From the human T2T-CHM13v2.0 reference genome, Homo sapiens, in the NCBI RefSeq assembly GCF_009914755.1, contig NC_060930.1: a stretch of DNA of 64,000 bases. One strand, 5' to 3'. The position numbers and the translations under genes were made by a program. The notes beneath the pieces are model-generated. The model searched no databases. It had not been told where the DNA came from and saw only the letters and a program-made list of their open reading frames with translations. This document shows, piece by piece, positions 18,811 to 40,052 of the stretch (its first letter is position 1; every line of letters begins with the position of its first letter).

Positions 18811-21800
18811 ACGACAATCTTATTGCATGTCTCCAGACAGATCCCCTCCCATTGCCTTCACCACTGTCATCAATCCTCAATGTCATCTCCTCTGTCATCA
18901 TTTAGCTTCTTAAACCACAGGAAAAAAAGAAGAATGCTCTCTCAGTCTACTGCCCATCTAGCACAAAATAAGGTGCTTGTCCATCCATTTTTAATTCTTT
19001 CCACAATATCTCACAAAGAGAAGCCTTTTAGTTTGGATAAGTTCTGCTATAAGTACCAGAATACTAAAATGAATGTGGCTTAAATAGCAAGAATATACAA
19101 ACTCATAGAACAAGAAGCATGAAGTTTAAAGGTTGATGCAGTAGCTGATGGCATCAAGGCCCCAACTTCTTCCCATCATTCCACTCTGCAATACTCGCCA
19201 TGTTAGCTTTCATCCCAAGGCATCACTTCCTCATTCAATGTAGTCCAAAGGCAGAAAGACTGGTAGTGGGATCTCTTCTTGTATCTCTTATCAAAGGGGA
19301 CACCCGCCCCGCTCCAGGAGAAACCATGCAGACTGTGCCCAGGGTCCATGGCCAAGATTGGATCACATGCAGTGTGGACTGGTAAATGTTTCATGGTCTG
19401 CTCTCCATGAAAATGCAAATAATCCTCAATTATTTATCTCCAGCCAAGACTTATTTTTAGTTCCAGACCTATATATACACTTGTCTTTTATACGTTTACA
19501 TATTAGTGACTTCCAAGCATCTCTAAACTATAATTCATTCTTTCCCCCAAAGCTACTGCACCTATACTGCTGTTGTCCATGACTGGCACACCCAGACTAG
19601 ATTGTTGTGAGTCATATTACATTCTTCCATTGCCTCTACCCTCTCTCTAATGAAAGCTCAGTATTGTGAGTCTCCTTCCTAAATATCTCCCAAATCCTTA
19701 CTCACTCGTTCAAGAACCATCATCCTTTTCTGTACATTCAGTAACCCTGAATGTTCTCTTTGTCTCTAGATCCTCCTACGCACCTTTAATCTATCTTCCC
19801 CGGGTTTTGTGGAGAGACCTTTCTATTATACGTGCTGGCTCAAAATTCTTTACTGGCTCTAATTGTCCAAAGGGTGAAACTGAATTCCTCTAATTTACAC
19901 GTGGACTTTCTTTATCTGAACTCTAACAACATGTTCACTCTCATCTTCTGTCTTTCATCTCTCGTCACTCTAATTTTGCCTTCTAACTATATTAAACTAT
20001 TTGTACAGAACACATCATCCTCTCTTATGCTTCCATTCCTTTGCACATTGTGTCTTTCAAGTGTACTTTCCTCCCTTATGTAACAAGAAGACTTTTCATC
20101 CTTAAAGTCTCGGTAAGCATCTTTGTCAGTGTAAAGTCTTCTCTGAATATCTCAGAGAAAATAGGGGCTTCTATATTGACTGTACTTTGCATATATCTTC
20201 ATAAAATAAATTTATCACTGTATTATAGTTCTTGATTTTTAAACCCTTCGAGGACAAGAACAGTTTCATCACTATACCCTTTGTGTCCAGAATAGTGCCA
20301 GGCACACAGTAAGTGTTTAAATAAGTGCTTATTGAATAACAAAATGAATGAACATATTAATATTGAATCACTAGAATAATAATTGGTGCTGTTGTAAAGA
20401 CAACAGAGACTGGTTTAGCAAAGCACTGCTATAAGTCTCAGATCAAGAATACCCATCTTATAAAGATCAAATAACTCTACTTGTCTCATAGCAAGTCAAC
20501 CACCAACTTTTTGCCAACAATATAGTAAGATGGGTATAAGTGTGTCTACTGCACTGTTCAAAAAATAAACTATTGATAAGTAACATGGTCTATTGATAAT
20601 GGGCATTACATGTACAATGGACAGCATATAAAAACATACATTTTGATAATAAAACAGATATAACAAAGGCTTCTAGAAGCTAATTGACTCATTTCCTCTC
20701 CTCTATCTAGGTCAAACTTAGGACAATTACATTAGAATGTGTGTCTCTTATTTTTAATCCTTTATGTTCCCCTGCAACTTTCCAATATGAAATTTTCATA
20801 TTTTAGGTTTTTGGACTGTGATCCTGAAGGGACTACAGATCCTCTCTTATTGTGTGCTGAGTTTTGTAACAAGGCATCAATTGGAGAGTAGGTTTAGAAA
20901 AAAAATTATTGATTGAATTGGGTTATGTCTTGCTTAAGATGTGGGGGTAAGATTTGTACAGATGGCCATCACATATAGGTCTGGAGCTTAAATTTTCCAG
21001 TTTTCTATTGCTATTTAGTAGTAAATAATGTCACTGAAAAAGTTCACAAATGGGTTTGGGTGAGTTTACGTTTCTGTCCTGTAGACATTTCTCTTTCTCT
21101 TTGTGTCCTAAAAAGAATTTCAGGACAAGTTTTCTAACTATAATCCAAGTCTTTTGTGCATAAGCATTTATAATAACACAAAAAGATAATTGCATATAAG
21201 GTAATGAGTAGACTTTTTACATATTTTTTCTCAAAAAGTACACATCAAAAACCATATAGTTATTGAATTCAGCCCTAACTAAATAGGAAAAAAAAGTGTG
21301 TTCAAATTATTTTGAACTCAGAAAGAATGGAAGATGCGTGTATTGATGGAATGAATAAAGAACAAGTATTGAATCCTGGGCATTTTTGTGGAAGCTATGT
21401 TAATTTTATAAAGCTGCATCAATTTATTTTTCTTGTTTAGACTTCACATTTTTTACTTCTTTCTTTAAAATGTCTTTAGGAATCCTATGAAATATTTTGG
21501 ATTTCTCAGAAATAGGATAATTTAACAGTCATGTTGTTTAAAAAATTCTCGATGGCAAATCTACTTGGTAAAAATTGAATAGCATGACTGGTTACTATTT
21601 TGACTTACTTTGTTGGAGGCGGGGTTGTCTTAGAAAATAGTTTCCATGTCTATTACAGCTGAAATTAAAATTAAATAGATCAAATGTGCTCTTATCAAGA
21701 GAGTTTTTAAAACTGCAGATATTTTGAAAGAAAATCTTAAAATTTTATTACAATCTACTACTCCAAAGAAATATAAGAAAAAAAATATTTGACCCATCTC

Positions 21801-22965
21801 GTCTCTACCCTGAATTTCCCTGAGATTGAGAAGGAATTATTCAATTTTCTCTTCTTTCTGACAGAACTATCCCAGATGAATAGCTACAAAGCTACAATGG
21901 CCAATGGACGTACCATAAGATTTGTGCTCTGAGATTCCCTTGTTAAGGGTATGAGAGGGACTCATGGGAAGAATTTGGGCTGAGGAGGGATGGGAAAGGA
22001 AAGAGGGAAGGAGAAAAGGAGGGCATTCCCCTAGAAGCTCACAAAAATACAGACATAACCTCATAAACCCTACCACAATACACGGGGAAAAAAAATGTGC
22101 CTTCCCCAAAGTTACACAAAGTCCTCTTGTGTCTTCTTTCTCCCCTGTCAAGGTGAGATCTCACATACATAATACTGTTCATTGGTGACTCTTCAAGGAT
22201 GTGGAGTTGGAAAAGAAGAGGGTATAAGACATTGTGATATACCTGAGCCCCCAGGCTTCATAGCCCCACGTTCTGATGGTAGTTTTCTGTTTTTGTTCAA
22301 AGAAAAGAGAATTAAGATTATGCCATTAAAACACTATTGTTTTAACCTTCTATGATAGGTAGACACATGGTAGAAATGGAGATAGAGAGAAAGGCATGTC
22401 TTTGGGATATATTTTTGAAGTGGACCAATTTATGTTATTGTTGAGGGAAAAGCAAATAAAAACAGAACCAAGAATTACCCTGAGGTTTTGATAGGGTGGA
22501 TGCTATTGTCTGAGATAGAGAAAAATGATCAAGAAGTAGGTTTAGGGATGAAGAATAGAAATTAAGAGCTTTGGTTTGGCCATGTTAAGTTTGCAACATC
22601 TTTAGTGGTCCCAGTAAATGCAGATTTGGTAGACTCCAGTGCTGTATTTAGGCTGACGTATTCTTCTTAGGTGAATGACACCAGAATCCACTCTGTCTCC
22701 CAGGAGGAAAACCTAAATGGCACCCCAGACCAGCCTTCCCCTTCCTGCCAGCCATTCACCTGCAACCAATTCAAGCTCTCTACATCTCATCACCCTGTTA
22801 TTACATCTAAATTCTCATACCCAACCGACTTCTTCAATCCAATTCCCATAATATTGTGCCCCTTTCAATCATTAGGACAAAAAAGTGTAGTTGTGTAACT
22901 GCTACTGGATGGTATCCATCACAGCACAGGACACAATCCAACACACGATAAAGATTTGATGATAC

Positions 22966-23250
22966 GCTGGGCATGGTGGCTCACGCCTGTAATCCCAGGA
23001 CTTTGGGAAGCCGAGGTGGAAGAATCGCTCAAGCCCAGGAGTTCAAGATACGCCTGGGCAACATAATGAGAACTCATCTCTACAAAAAAAATTTAAATGA
23101 GATGGGCATTGTGGCATATGCCTGTAGTTCTAGCTACTTGGGAGGCTGAGGCAGGACGATGGCTTGAGCCCGAGAGGTCGAGACTGTAGCGAGCTGTGAT
23201 CATGTCACTGCACTCCAGCATGGGTGAGAGTGAGACCTTGTCTAAAAAAA
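22966..23250 (+). mobile_element. AluJ
   Basis: Alu dimer with J-type positions. Confidence 0.9.
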
Positions 23251-23787
23251 AGATGATCTGAAGTACTGTAGAATTTTATGTTTCTTTTGTTTCTTTTTTG
23301 TATCCTTCCCACACAACCCTAACGTGGTTACTTCCAACAATACCCACAGGTAATGCCGCCACAGCCCCAGCAGAAGTCTGGTTAACCAGAGCTCCAGTTA
23401 AGACATCAAAACTAGTTCCAAAGTCTAGAAAAATCTCAGCATCAATCAGTTAGCCCAATGTTTCCAGCGCAGGTGTGTCCAGTTCAAGAACTTCATCTTT
23501 GATGATTCCTTATCTCTTTCAGGCAGTGAGGCAATAGAAGGAGAGAAGAAAGAGAATAAATGCTACATATATGTCATTTCATTTCCACACTCTCTATCAT
23601 CATCATTCTAATATCATATGGTATTGTTGCATTTTCCTGTTCCAATGGCCATCAGAATGGATCTTTAGTTAATGCCAATTGTCTACTGTATATATAATCA
23701 TTACAGAATGAAAAGAGAGGAGTAAGCATAAATGATTAGAAGTTGTTCAAATTTCTTCAGAAAAGGTTCTTAGAATAAGAGCCTCTA

Positions 23788-24189
<402 letters not shown>

Positions 24190-24199
24190 CTAGTTAGAG

Positions 24200-26321
24200 A
24201 AAGTACATTGAGATGAGGCAAAACCAATCAGATAGAAGCAGCTCATGAAAAGGTGTGCATCAAGAGATGCAGACACTTATATGAAGCTGGCATGGGCATT
24301 CCATGGAGGTCATTAGAGTTCATGGGCAGAAATGTGAATTTCATTCCTGAAGTAACTGAGAAATCATTAGAGCAAATTTGACCAATTATAATTAACCCTA
24401 TTGGGCCAGCCAGGGGCAGAAACATACTTCCATCCTCTTTTCCAGACCTCAACTCCATAAGAAGTTAATTTGTATTGCACAACCCAGTCTTCTGGCTTAG
24501 ACAGAAACATTTCGTTTTTTAGAAATTACCAAAAATATTTATAGCTTGACTAAGCTAATTTAAAACACACAGCAAAAGCATGGCATGCCTTACGTTCTCT
24601 GGGCTGCATATCTCTAAGCCCGCGTGATGGCTTTGTCGAGAGCACTCTATTAAAAGCAACACTCTCCATTCACCAGGACTGTTGCATAGATTACATAGGA
24701 CCTCTTTTGTTCATTAGGTAACTGTCTAGCATGGAGACGCAATTGTTTCCTGTCATGTTTTCTTCAGAACCTAAACTTTCGAGGCATTCGGGCCTTGAGC
24801 AAGCGCCTGAGCTCATCTCAGGGTGAGGTATTTCGTGTACTGACCCAGCAAAATATTTTATAATCCATTTCCTAATCCAGGAAAAGCTGAGTCTTACCCT
24901 TGCATAAACCCAAAATTTGCCCTGAAAAACAAATGTGATTAAATAAAACAATTGGAAAAAGATTTGCTTTGTTCTGCTGCTAAGATTCAACATTTGCCCA
25001 ATAGCCACAGCCAGCCTAGCCATCAGGAATCGTGGCCAAGGTATGCAGGCAGCCAAGCTCATTCCTTCACACCTGACACAGACACCAGACTTTTCTGCAT
25101 CTCTTCCTGGCCCTTTAGGAGAAGCAGAGACTACTATTGGTTCCTTTACTATCAAAGACAGACACCAAAAGCTCCTCAAATCTCCAGAGAATGTGAAGTT
25201 TATCATTTCTAAGTATACTGGACAAACTCTTTTTTTTTCTGATTTAACTAGTAATATGTCATCTGGAAAAGCTATTTTGTCATAAATTAGAAAGAGCATC
25301 AAGAAGAAATAAAAATTATTTTGCTCCAACATGTACATGGAGAAAAGGTAAGTGGAAGAGCAGAGGGGAGGGGAAGGGAGGCCATTAGCAAAGGCCACCA
25401 CTAGCTAAGGTTTGTGCTGGAAACTTCTTTAAGCAGATGTTGATTTCACATGCTGCATTTGATACACGTGTCTCCTGATAAAAGCAAAGGGAATGAAATT
25501 ACAAAGTCCAACACTGTCATCACCACAAAGCAATATGCAAATTATGGTCTTAAAATAAGTGTCTGAGAGACCTGGGTAGTTTCATCCATACAAAGGCAAT
25601 TTCTTTGTCATCCTCTTACTGATTAACTACACTAATCTCCGGTGAAGCGAGCTTGGGATTCCTACAAAGTACAATGTTGTGATCCATGACATTTAAGACA
25701 TGGAAGGGGCCTCTCCAGAAATGAGCCACTGGGCTGAGCCTGGGCAGAAAATAGACTGCAATGAGTCACACAATGTAAGACGGCACAAAAGATGATTCAC
25801 CATGTCTAAAGGAAAATAAATAGGAGTGAATGGCTAGTGTACTCAGGGAAACTCAGTCCCAATGGGCAGAGTTTATTGGTCTGCATCACTCTGAGTTCCG
25901 TCATGGAGCTGTTGGGATGAGGTGATGGTGCTGGAAATGCTGAAACGGTGAGGGGGTGAGGAAGCAGCTCCTTTTGGGGCAGTAGCAGTGCAGTAGCTGC
26001 TTGTTTCCAGTTAAGGATCTCTGTGGCAGGGGGATACATCCGCACTGGATGCTCTGAAGTGTATGATGTGAAATGATTTATCCAGAAGGCTGCACAGCTG
26101 GCATCAGATAAAACATTTGGAACCACTTTAGCTGTGCATTACCTAGAGGCAGCATTCTCTTCCTCGATGCTGAATTTAAACCATTCCTGTCATTTCAGAC
26201 TCTCTAATGAAATCTGTTTCTCACAGGATGTCTCTGTCTTGGAAATGGCATGTGGTCTCCTTGCAAAATGAAAAGGAATTTAAAGCATATAAATCACCTG
26301 TTTTTCTTCCTCTCTCACCCT

Positions 26322-26353
<32 letters not shown>

Positions 26354-28800
26354 ACAGACACACACACACACACACCCTTTCTGTTAAAAAAATTTCAGAA
26401 CAGAAGAAGAAAAGCATGGAAGTGATAAAGGTATGCTTCTCAGAACAGGGAATGGTGAGGGAGGAGTGGCTACTGCCTGTCAATAGCTCACAAGCAGCAA
26501 TGCTGACTGCCAAATGACTCATGCAAAAGTCCCAGAGGGATCGGTTCCCTCAGTCGCCCTTTAGGAGAGAGAGACAGAAAACGTGATATAAATGTTCCCA
26601 CAGAATCACGGCTTTGTCAGATCCAAGGCTTATGCTGCTGCTCACTATGCTGGAGTGTAAATAAGTTGATGTGCCCTATCGTAGCTAAAAACCTAACAGA
26701 AAACATTCAAAACACTCACATACATACTTGTACACAATTCAAGCTCCAATGCGAAAGTATAAATAGTCTGAGTCTCTCCTGTTCTATGCTTGAATATTAA
26801 AGTAAGTTTTAAAGCCTTCCAATATTACTTGATGCAATTTAAAAGCTAAATCTATATTGTGATATTACTATCTTTATCTCAACTATAATTCCAAAACCAC
26901 TTCAAGAAACTAAAAATCAAGTTTAAGCAGAACCCAGGAAGGGCTGCAGTTTGAAGTCTAAACACAAATGCTCTTTACTATTGGTAAATAGGGGCCTTAC
27001 TTCCATTGATTATAAGCCACAGTTACAAGAACACCACATCTTTAACTTTTCCCATATACCTTGGTTTTCCATGGTGATGATGCTACTGCTTACCATAGTT
27101 CTTCACCTCGCCTGGAATTAGCCAAAGAATTGGATGCTATTTTCAAGGGTGCTAGAAAAGACACCTAGGGCTCGGCCCAATTTGTAACAGTACAACAAAT
27201 GGTTAGTGAGCCTTGTTTGTCTGAGTACCCTCCTTCCTCCACACAATGTGGCTCAGAAACAGCAGCTAAGTAGAGGCTTCTGTGCCCCTCTCTTAAGGTG
27301 AACAGACAGGGAGGACACCAGGAGCCCTTATCAATGATGGTTCAGTGAGAAATGGGAAGAGTTTTGTTGTTTTTTGTTTAAAGAAGCAGACCCTCTGAAT
27401 ACTTTCCTAGAGAGCCCAAACCATTCAGGTTGCTTGATCTCTTGAGTTGCCAGGGTTTTCTATCTAGGCCTTTGGCCAAAACTGCTGTGGTCACCATGCA
27501 TTGTGAGATTACAGTGCTCAAATAGTTAATGTGGCTGAAAGCTTCCACTGGACATTTTATGGGAGGTGACACAAAGCCACTGGGGAAGAAACTGGTTCTT
27601 CATAGGAAGTCCTAAAGCCCTACACCATAAATCACTTCAGGTGTCAAAACATCTTCTTAAGCCACATCATCAATGTTTCTGGCTTTCATTAACACAAGCA
27701 AAACCACCTGCAGTCCTCACTACCAAAACTAAGAGCTTTAGTCTTCCTGAGGTTCTACCATGTTTCTTATCCATATTAATTATTGCAGAAACACCTAAAC
27801 CCTTCACTCATTGCTTAGTGTCAGGCTTGCCATCTAAAGTATGTTTTCAGAAATGTCAAGCAGTTTTTGGCCACCGAGTGTATGTCAGTGTATTCTGGCG
27901 GATACAAATTATTGTTTTGTGTTACTTACCATATTATCTTGCAATAAAAGACCTGCAAACTCATCACAAGATCAACTGCAAAGTCATCTACAGAATGTAA
28001 CCATATCTATAATGACAAAGAAAACATTGTTATATTACCAAGTCAAAATATCCTACACTGGCGCTATCCTACACATTGTACGGCCAATTATAAATATCTT
28101 TCTGGTGGTTTTAGCCCAAGTAAAAGTTACCCCAGTGAAGGTGTGTTAATGAAGTCCACTCCACTCCCTGCCTGGTGACTAAAACCTTTACTCAATGCTC
28201 AGAACAAAGTCTGATTAATTCTTCACTGACTTTCAGAATACAAACAGTATCCGTATTTTCTCTTCCATTAAAACAAGCAGTGATTAGCAGACCCTGGCAA
28301 TACATACTCAGTCATTCAAATCTCTTTAGAAGGTACTGAAAGATACTTTGTAGGCAAGAGTCATGAAACCAAGATTTCAGGGTCAAGTACAAAACAGGCA
28401 CAACTCTTAAGTATATTCCTTTTCTAATAAAAAGTATTTTCAGATCTCTTATATTAAAATAGAAAATAGTTTTGGTTGTTCTGACAGCAGTTTATCATAC
28501 TGGCTCCCTCCTGAGCTTTCTAGTGCTAGGGTCTGGCCATGTCTGTGCTTTCCGCAAGGAGTCACAGTAACTTAATATTCTTCTACAATGTTTGAAGGGG
28601 ACCGTTAGCTATATATGGCCTGGGCCCAGATCTGTGTCTTCCTTTCCTAGGCTTATTTTCAAATAGAAAATAAAAATAAGTCCCACTTATGTCAAAGAGT
28701 TTCAAAGAGCTTTGTATTTAAAAAAAAAAAACACAACTAATTTTGATGGCAACTCACTGAAATAAGGAAAAGGTGTTAACAAGATTCTTATTGGAAGATT
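24200..28800. promoter_or_regulatory. Repeat-poor non-coding block, candidate enhancer
   Basis: About 4.5 kb with no Alu or L1. AP-1 sites TGAGTCA (25762-25768) and TGACTCA (26515-26521), E-box CACGTG (25465-25470) next to TGATAA, and local CpG enrichment at 24590-24840. Motifs alone are weak evidence. Confidence 0.35.
26322..26375. repeat. (CA)n microsatellite, two interruptions
   Basis: Seen directly in the sequence. Confidence 0.95.
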
Positions 28801-28867
28801 GCAATACTAGGCAGGGAAGGCCATGGTATGCTGACAAGCATATTGCAGTACAGTTGAACAATAATTT

Positions 28868-29239
28868 GATAAATATCATAAGTCAAAAATGTATTTAATA
28901 CACCTAACCTACTGAACACCCTAACTTAACCTAGCATACCTTAAAGGTGTTCAGAAATTACATTAGCCTACAGTTGGACAAAATCATCTGGTACAGAGTA
29001 CACTGTAGAGTACTGGTTAGTTACCCTCGTGATATTATGGCTGCCTCGGAGCTGCAACTCACTGCTACTGCCCAGCATCACAAGAAAGAAGATCATGAAG
29101 CATACTGCTAGCCCCAGAAAAGATCAAAATTCAAAATTTTGACTACAGTTTCGATTGAATGTGTATCACTTTTATATCATCACAAAGCCAATAAATTGTA
29201 AGTCGACTGACATACAGTCATAAGTCTGGGACAATCTGT
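28868..29239. mobile_element. MER47B/Tigger5b-like DNA transposon
   Basis: tttaatacacctaacctactgaac, cattagcctacagttggacaaaatcatct and aaaagatcaaaattcaaaatt signatures. Confidence 0.7.
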
Positions 29240-29261
29240 ATAGTACTTTGTAGTTTTGTTT

Positions 29262-29390
29262 TTATTTTTTTGAGACAGGATCTCTGTCATCCAGGTTGGA
29301 GTCCAGTGAAACAATCATGGCTCACTAAAGCCTTAACCTCCCCAGGCTCAGGTGATCCTCCCGCCTCAGCCTCCTGAGCAGCTGGGACAT
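29262..29390 (-). mobile_element. AluJ right-arm fragment
   Basis: ttttgagacagga...cctcccgcctcagcctcctgagcagctggga. Confidence 0.85.
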
Positions 29391-30247
29391 AGTCATCTCT
29401 AAATTGAAAACGTGCAAAAGATGCAATGGTAAAAAATAAAAATTAAAAAATTCTAAAAAAACACGTAAAACTTAGGATTCCTTGGGGAAAGGGAAGTGCC
29501 TATTTTCTCATCGTGCTTTGACCCTTGCTTGATTTCCACTGCAGGCATTCGCCAGCCCTTTACCATGACATCTTCTGTGGGCTCAGGTCTGTCCCAATTT
29601 CAGAGATCTTCAAGAGTCTGTATATTTCATCTGCCTCTGAAGCCCACAATGTAGAATTTGGTAAGAAGTCCCACTGACCAACACAGGATCCACTAGTTCA
29701 GATTATCCCTGCTCAGGTTAGTTGCTGCAAAAACTCCTTGGCTCTGCCTAATCCCCATGTTGCCCATTCCTTTCTGCAATTTGGTCTTGTTTACAGGATT
29801 GGGTCTCTGCCTAGGTTCCCCTTTAATTCTTGCCAGTTAGTTGCCCTATTTAGTACACTCTTTACCCTCAAAGACAGGTGCTAAATCCTGAGCCTGAGTT
29901 AATGGAGAAAGAGCCCCTAATGGTTTTTGCCAACAAATATCTAGAGCTATCTAGGACTTCTGTCCCTGTACTCTCAACCAAATAAAGGTGTATCATTTGG
30001 GATCATGATTTGAGTTTCCTGGCTCCAGAGGCCCAAGTTCTAAGTCTCCCTACTACTATTTATTCACTTAGCTGGAGGTGTGTGCAACTTGTCTCTGAGG
30101 TGGTAGCAATAATCTCTCCCATCTCACATGCACATTTTTAAAAAACTTTTTATTTTGAAATAACTATAGTCTCACAGAAGGTTGTAAGAGTCCCTTGTAG
30201 TCTTGAATCAACTTCCCTAACTGTTAATATAAAAAATATAGCTATAG

Positions 30248-30572
<325 letters not shown>

Positions 30573-30594
30573 TCACAATTACAGTACAATATAT

Positions 30595-32287
30595 AATGAG
30601 ACTATTATGAACAATTAGATGCCAATAAACTGGAAAATCTAGGAGAAATGAATAACTTCCTGGACACATACAACTCTCCAAGATTGAATCTAGAAGAAAT
30701 AAAAATCCTGAATAAACCAATAAGTAATGAGAGTAAAGCAACAATTAAAAAAAAAATCTTCCATCAAAGAAAAGCTCAGGAACTGATGACTTCACTGATG
30801 AATCCTACCAAATATTTAAAGAACTAATATCAATTCTACTCAAACTCTTCAAACCAATTGAAGAGGAGGGAATACTTCCAAACCCATTATATTAGGCCAG
30901 CATTACCCTGATACCAAAATCAGGCAAGGACACAACAAAAAAAACTACAGGCCAATATTCCTGATGAAGATAGTTGCAAAAGTCCTCAACAAAATATCAG
31001 CAAACCAAATTCACCAACATATTAAAAAGATCATTTATCATGATTAAGTGGGATTTATCCTAAGGATGCAAGGATGGCTCAACATATGCAAATAAATCAA
31101 TGTTATACATTGGATTAATAGAACTAATAACGAAAAGCATATGACCATTTCAACAGATGCTGAAAAAACATTCAATAAAGTTCAATGTTCCTTTATGATA
31201 AACAACCTCCCACTCTCCCCACCAAAAAAAAAATGGATATAAAAGGAACACATGTCCAGAAAATAAAGACCTATATGACAAGCCCACAGCTAACATCATA
31301 CTTAACAGGAAAAAATCCAAATACTTTCCTCTAACATATGAAATAAGACAAGGATGCCCACTTTCACCAGTTTTATTCAATATAATACTGGAAGCTGTAG
31401 TCACATCAATCACGCAAGAGAAAAAGGAAAAGGCATCCAAATTGAAAACAAAGAAGTCAAATTATCTTTGTTCACAGAAGCCATAACCTTGTATTTAGAA
31501 AACCCTAAAGACTCTACCAAAAAAACTGTTAGAACTAAAAAACAAACTCAGTAAAGTTACAGGATTTAAAAAATGTACAAAAAATCAGTAGCATTTACAT
31601 ACAGTAGGAGTGAGCAATCTAAAAAAAATATCAAGAAAGCAATGCCATTTAAAATCTCTAGAAAAAATATAAAATACCTAAAAATAAATGTAACGAAAAA
31701 AGGGAAAGATCTCTACAAGGAAAAGTAAAACCTCTGGTAAAAGAAATTGAAGAGGACAGAAAAAAAAATAAAAAGATATTCCATGAACATGAATTGGAAG
31801 AATTAATACTATTAAAATGTCAGTACTACCCAAATCAATGTACAGATTCAATGCAATCCCTATCAAAATGCCAATGACATTTTTCACAGAAATAAAAAAA
31901 AATCTTAAAACAAGTACCAAGCAATAAAAGACCCTGAATAGCCAAAGCAATTCTGAGCAAAGAGAACAAAGCTGGAGGCATCACAATACCTGACTTCAAA
32001 ATATACTATAAAGCTATTAGCAGTAACCACAATAGCATGGTAGTTATATAAAAACTGACACATAAACCAAAGGAACTGAATAGAGAGCCTGTAAATAAAT
32101 CCCTCCATTTATAGCTGACTCATTTTTGACAAAGTTTCCAAGAATATACAGTAGGGAAAGTACAATCTCTCCCATAAATGGTGTTGGGAAAATTGGATAA
32201 CCATATGCAGAAGAATGATTGGATAACCATATGCAGAAGATAGATCCCTATCTCTCATAATATACAAATGTCAAATTAAAATGGATT
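30595..32287 (+). mobile_element. Old LINE-1 (L1MA-like) ORF2 segment, host of the nested insertions
   Basis: Degenerate RT-region sequence (aaataagacaaggatgcccactttcacc; gaagtcaaattatctttgttcacaga). Confidence 0.85.
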
Positions 32288-32305
32288 AAAATCTAAGATC
32301 TGAAG

Positions 32306-38789
<6,484 letters not shown>

Positions 38790-40042
38790 AAAATCTAAGA
38801 CCTGAAGCCATAAAAATTTTAGAAGATAACCTCAGGAAAATTCTTCTAGACATTGGCTTAGGCAAAAAGTTTATGACCAAGAACCCATTCATAGGTGGGA
38901 ACTAAAAAAGTTAATATGGAGGTAGAGAGTAGAATAATCACTACCACACACTGGCCAGGGTGTGTGTGTGGATGGGGAAAGATGAAAAGAGAGGTTGGTT
39001 AATGGTTACAAATGCAACAAAAACAAAAATAAATATATGGGATTTAATTAAACCTAAAAGCTTCTGCACAGCAAAAGAAATAATCAGCAAACAGACAATC
39101 CACAGAGTGGGAGAAAGTTTTCGCAACTGTTCATCCAGCAAAGGACTAATATCCAGAATCTGCAAGTAACTCAAACAAATCAGCAAGAAAAAAAAATAAT
39201 CCCACCAAAAAGTGGGCTAAGGACATGAATAGACAATTATCAAAAGAAGATATAAAAATCACCAACATGAAAAAATGCTCAACATCGCTGATTATCAGGG
39301 AAATGCAAATCAAAACTACAATGTAATACAACTTTACTCCTACAAGAATGGCGATCATTTTTTTAAAAAATACTAGACATTGGTGCGGATGTCATGAAAA
39401 GGGAACACTTTTACCCTGCTGGTGGCAATGTAAACTAGTACAACCACTGTGGAAAACAATGTGGAGATTCCTTAAATAACTAAAAGTAGAACTACCATTT
39501 CATCCAGCAATCCCACTACTGGGTATCTACCCAGAGGAAAAGAAGTCATTTTATGAAAAAGACACTTGCACACACATTTATAGCAACACAATTCACAACT
39601 GCAAAAACATGAAACCAGCCCAAATGCCCATCAATCAAGTGGTTTAAAAATGTGATATATATATCACATTTTATATACAAAAAATATGTGATACATTTTA
39701 TATATGATATATATGTGATTATATGTAGTTATATATATATATGTGTGTTATACACACACACCATGGAATAATACTCAGCCATATAAAAGAATGAAATAAG
39801 GGCATTCGCAGCAACCTGGATGGAGTTGGAGACCATTATTCTAAGTGAAGTAACTCAGGAATGTAAAACCAAACATCGTTCTTATAAGTGGGAGCTCATC
39901 TATGAGGACACAAAGGTGTAAGAATGATACAATGGACTTTGGGGACTCAGGGAGAAGGGTGGGAGGGGGCTGAGAGATAAAAGACTATACATTGGGTACA
40001 GTGTACACTGCTCCTATTCCCCAAAAACTATTGAAAAAAAAA
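38790..40042 (+). mobile_element. L1PB-like 3' ~1.2 kb
   Basis: ctagacattggcttaggc, gaagtaactcaggaat, aagaatgatacaatggactttggggactcag and ccccaaaaactattgaaaaaa: an L1PB-type 3' end. Confidence 0.8.
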
Positions 40043-40052
40043 TCTGGAAATT

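Noticed and set aside
24691-25401. 236-aa minus-strand ORF, the longest non-L1 ORF
   Set aside because: Non-ATG start, F/L/I/S-rich composition typical of AT-rich non-coding DNA, no recognisable domain and no supporting exon structure. PhyloCSF or Ribo-seq would be needed.
26551-26570. CTCF-like motif
   Set aside because: Three mismatches at core positions; too weak without ChIP data.
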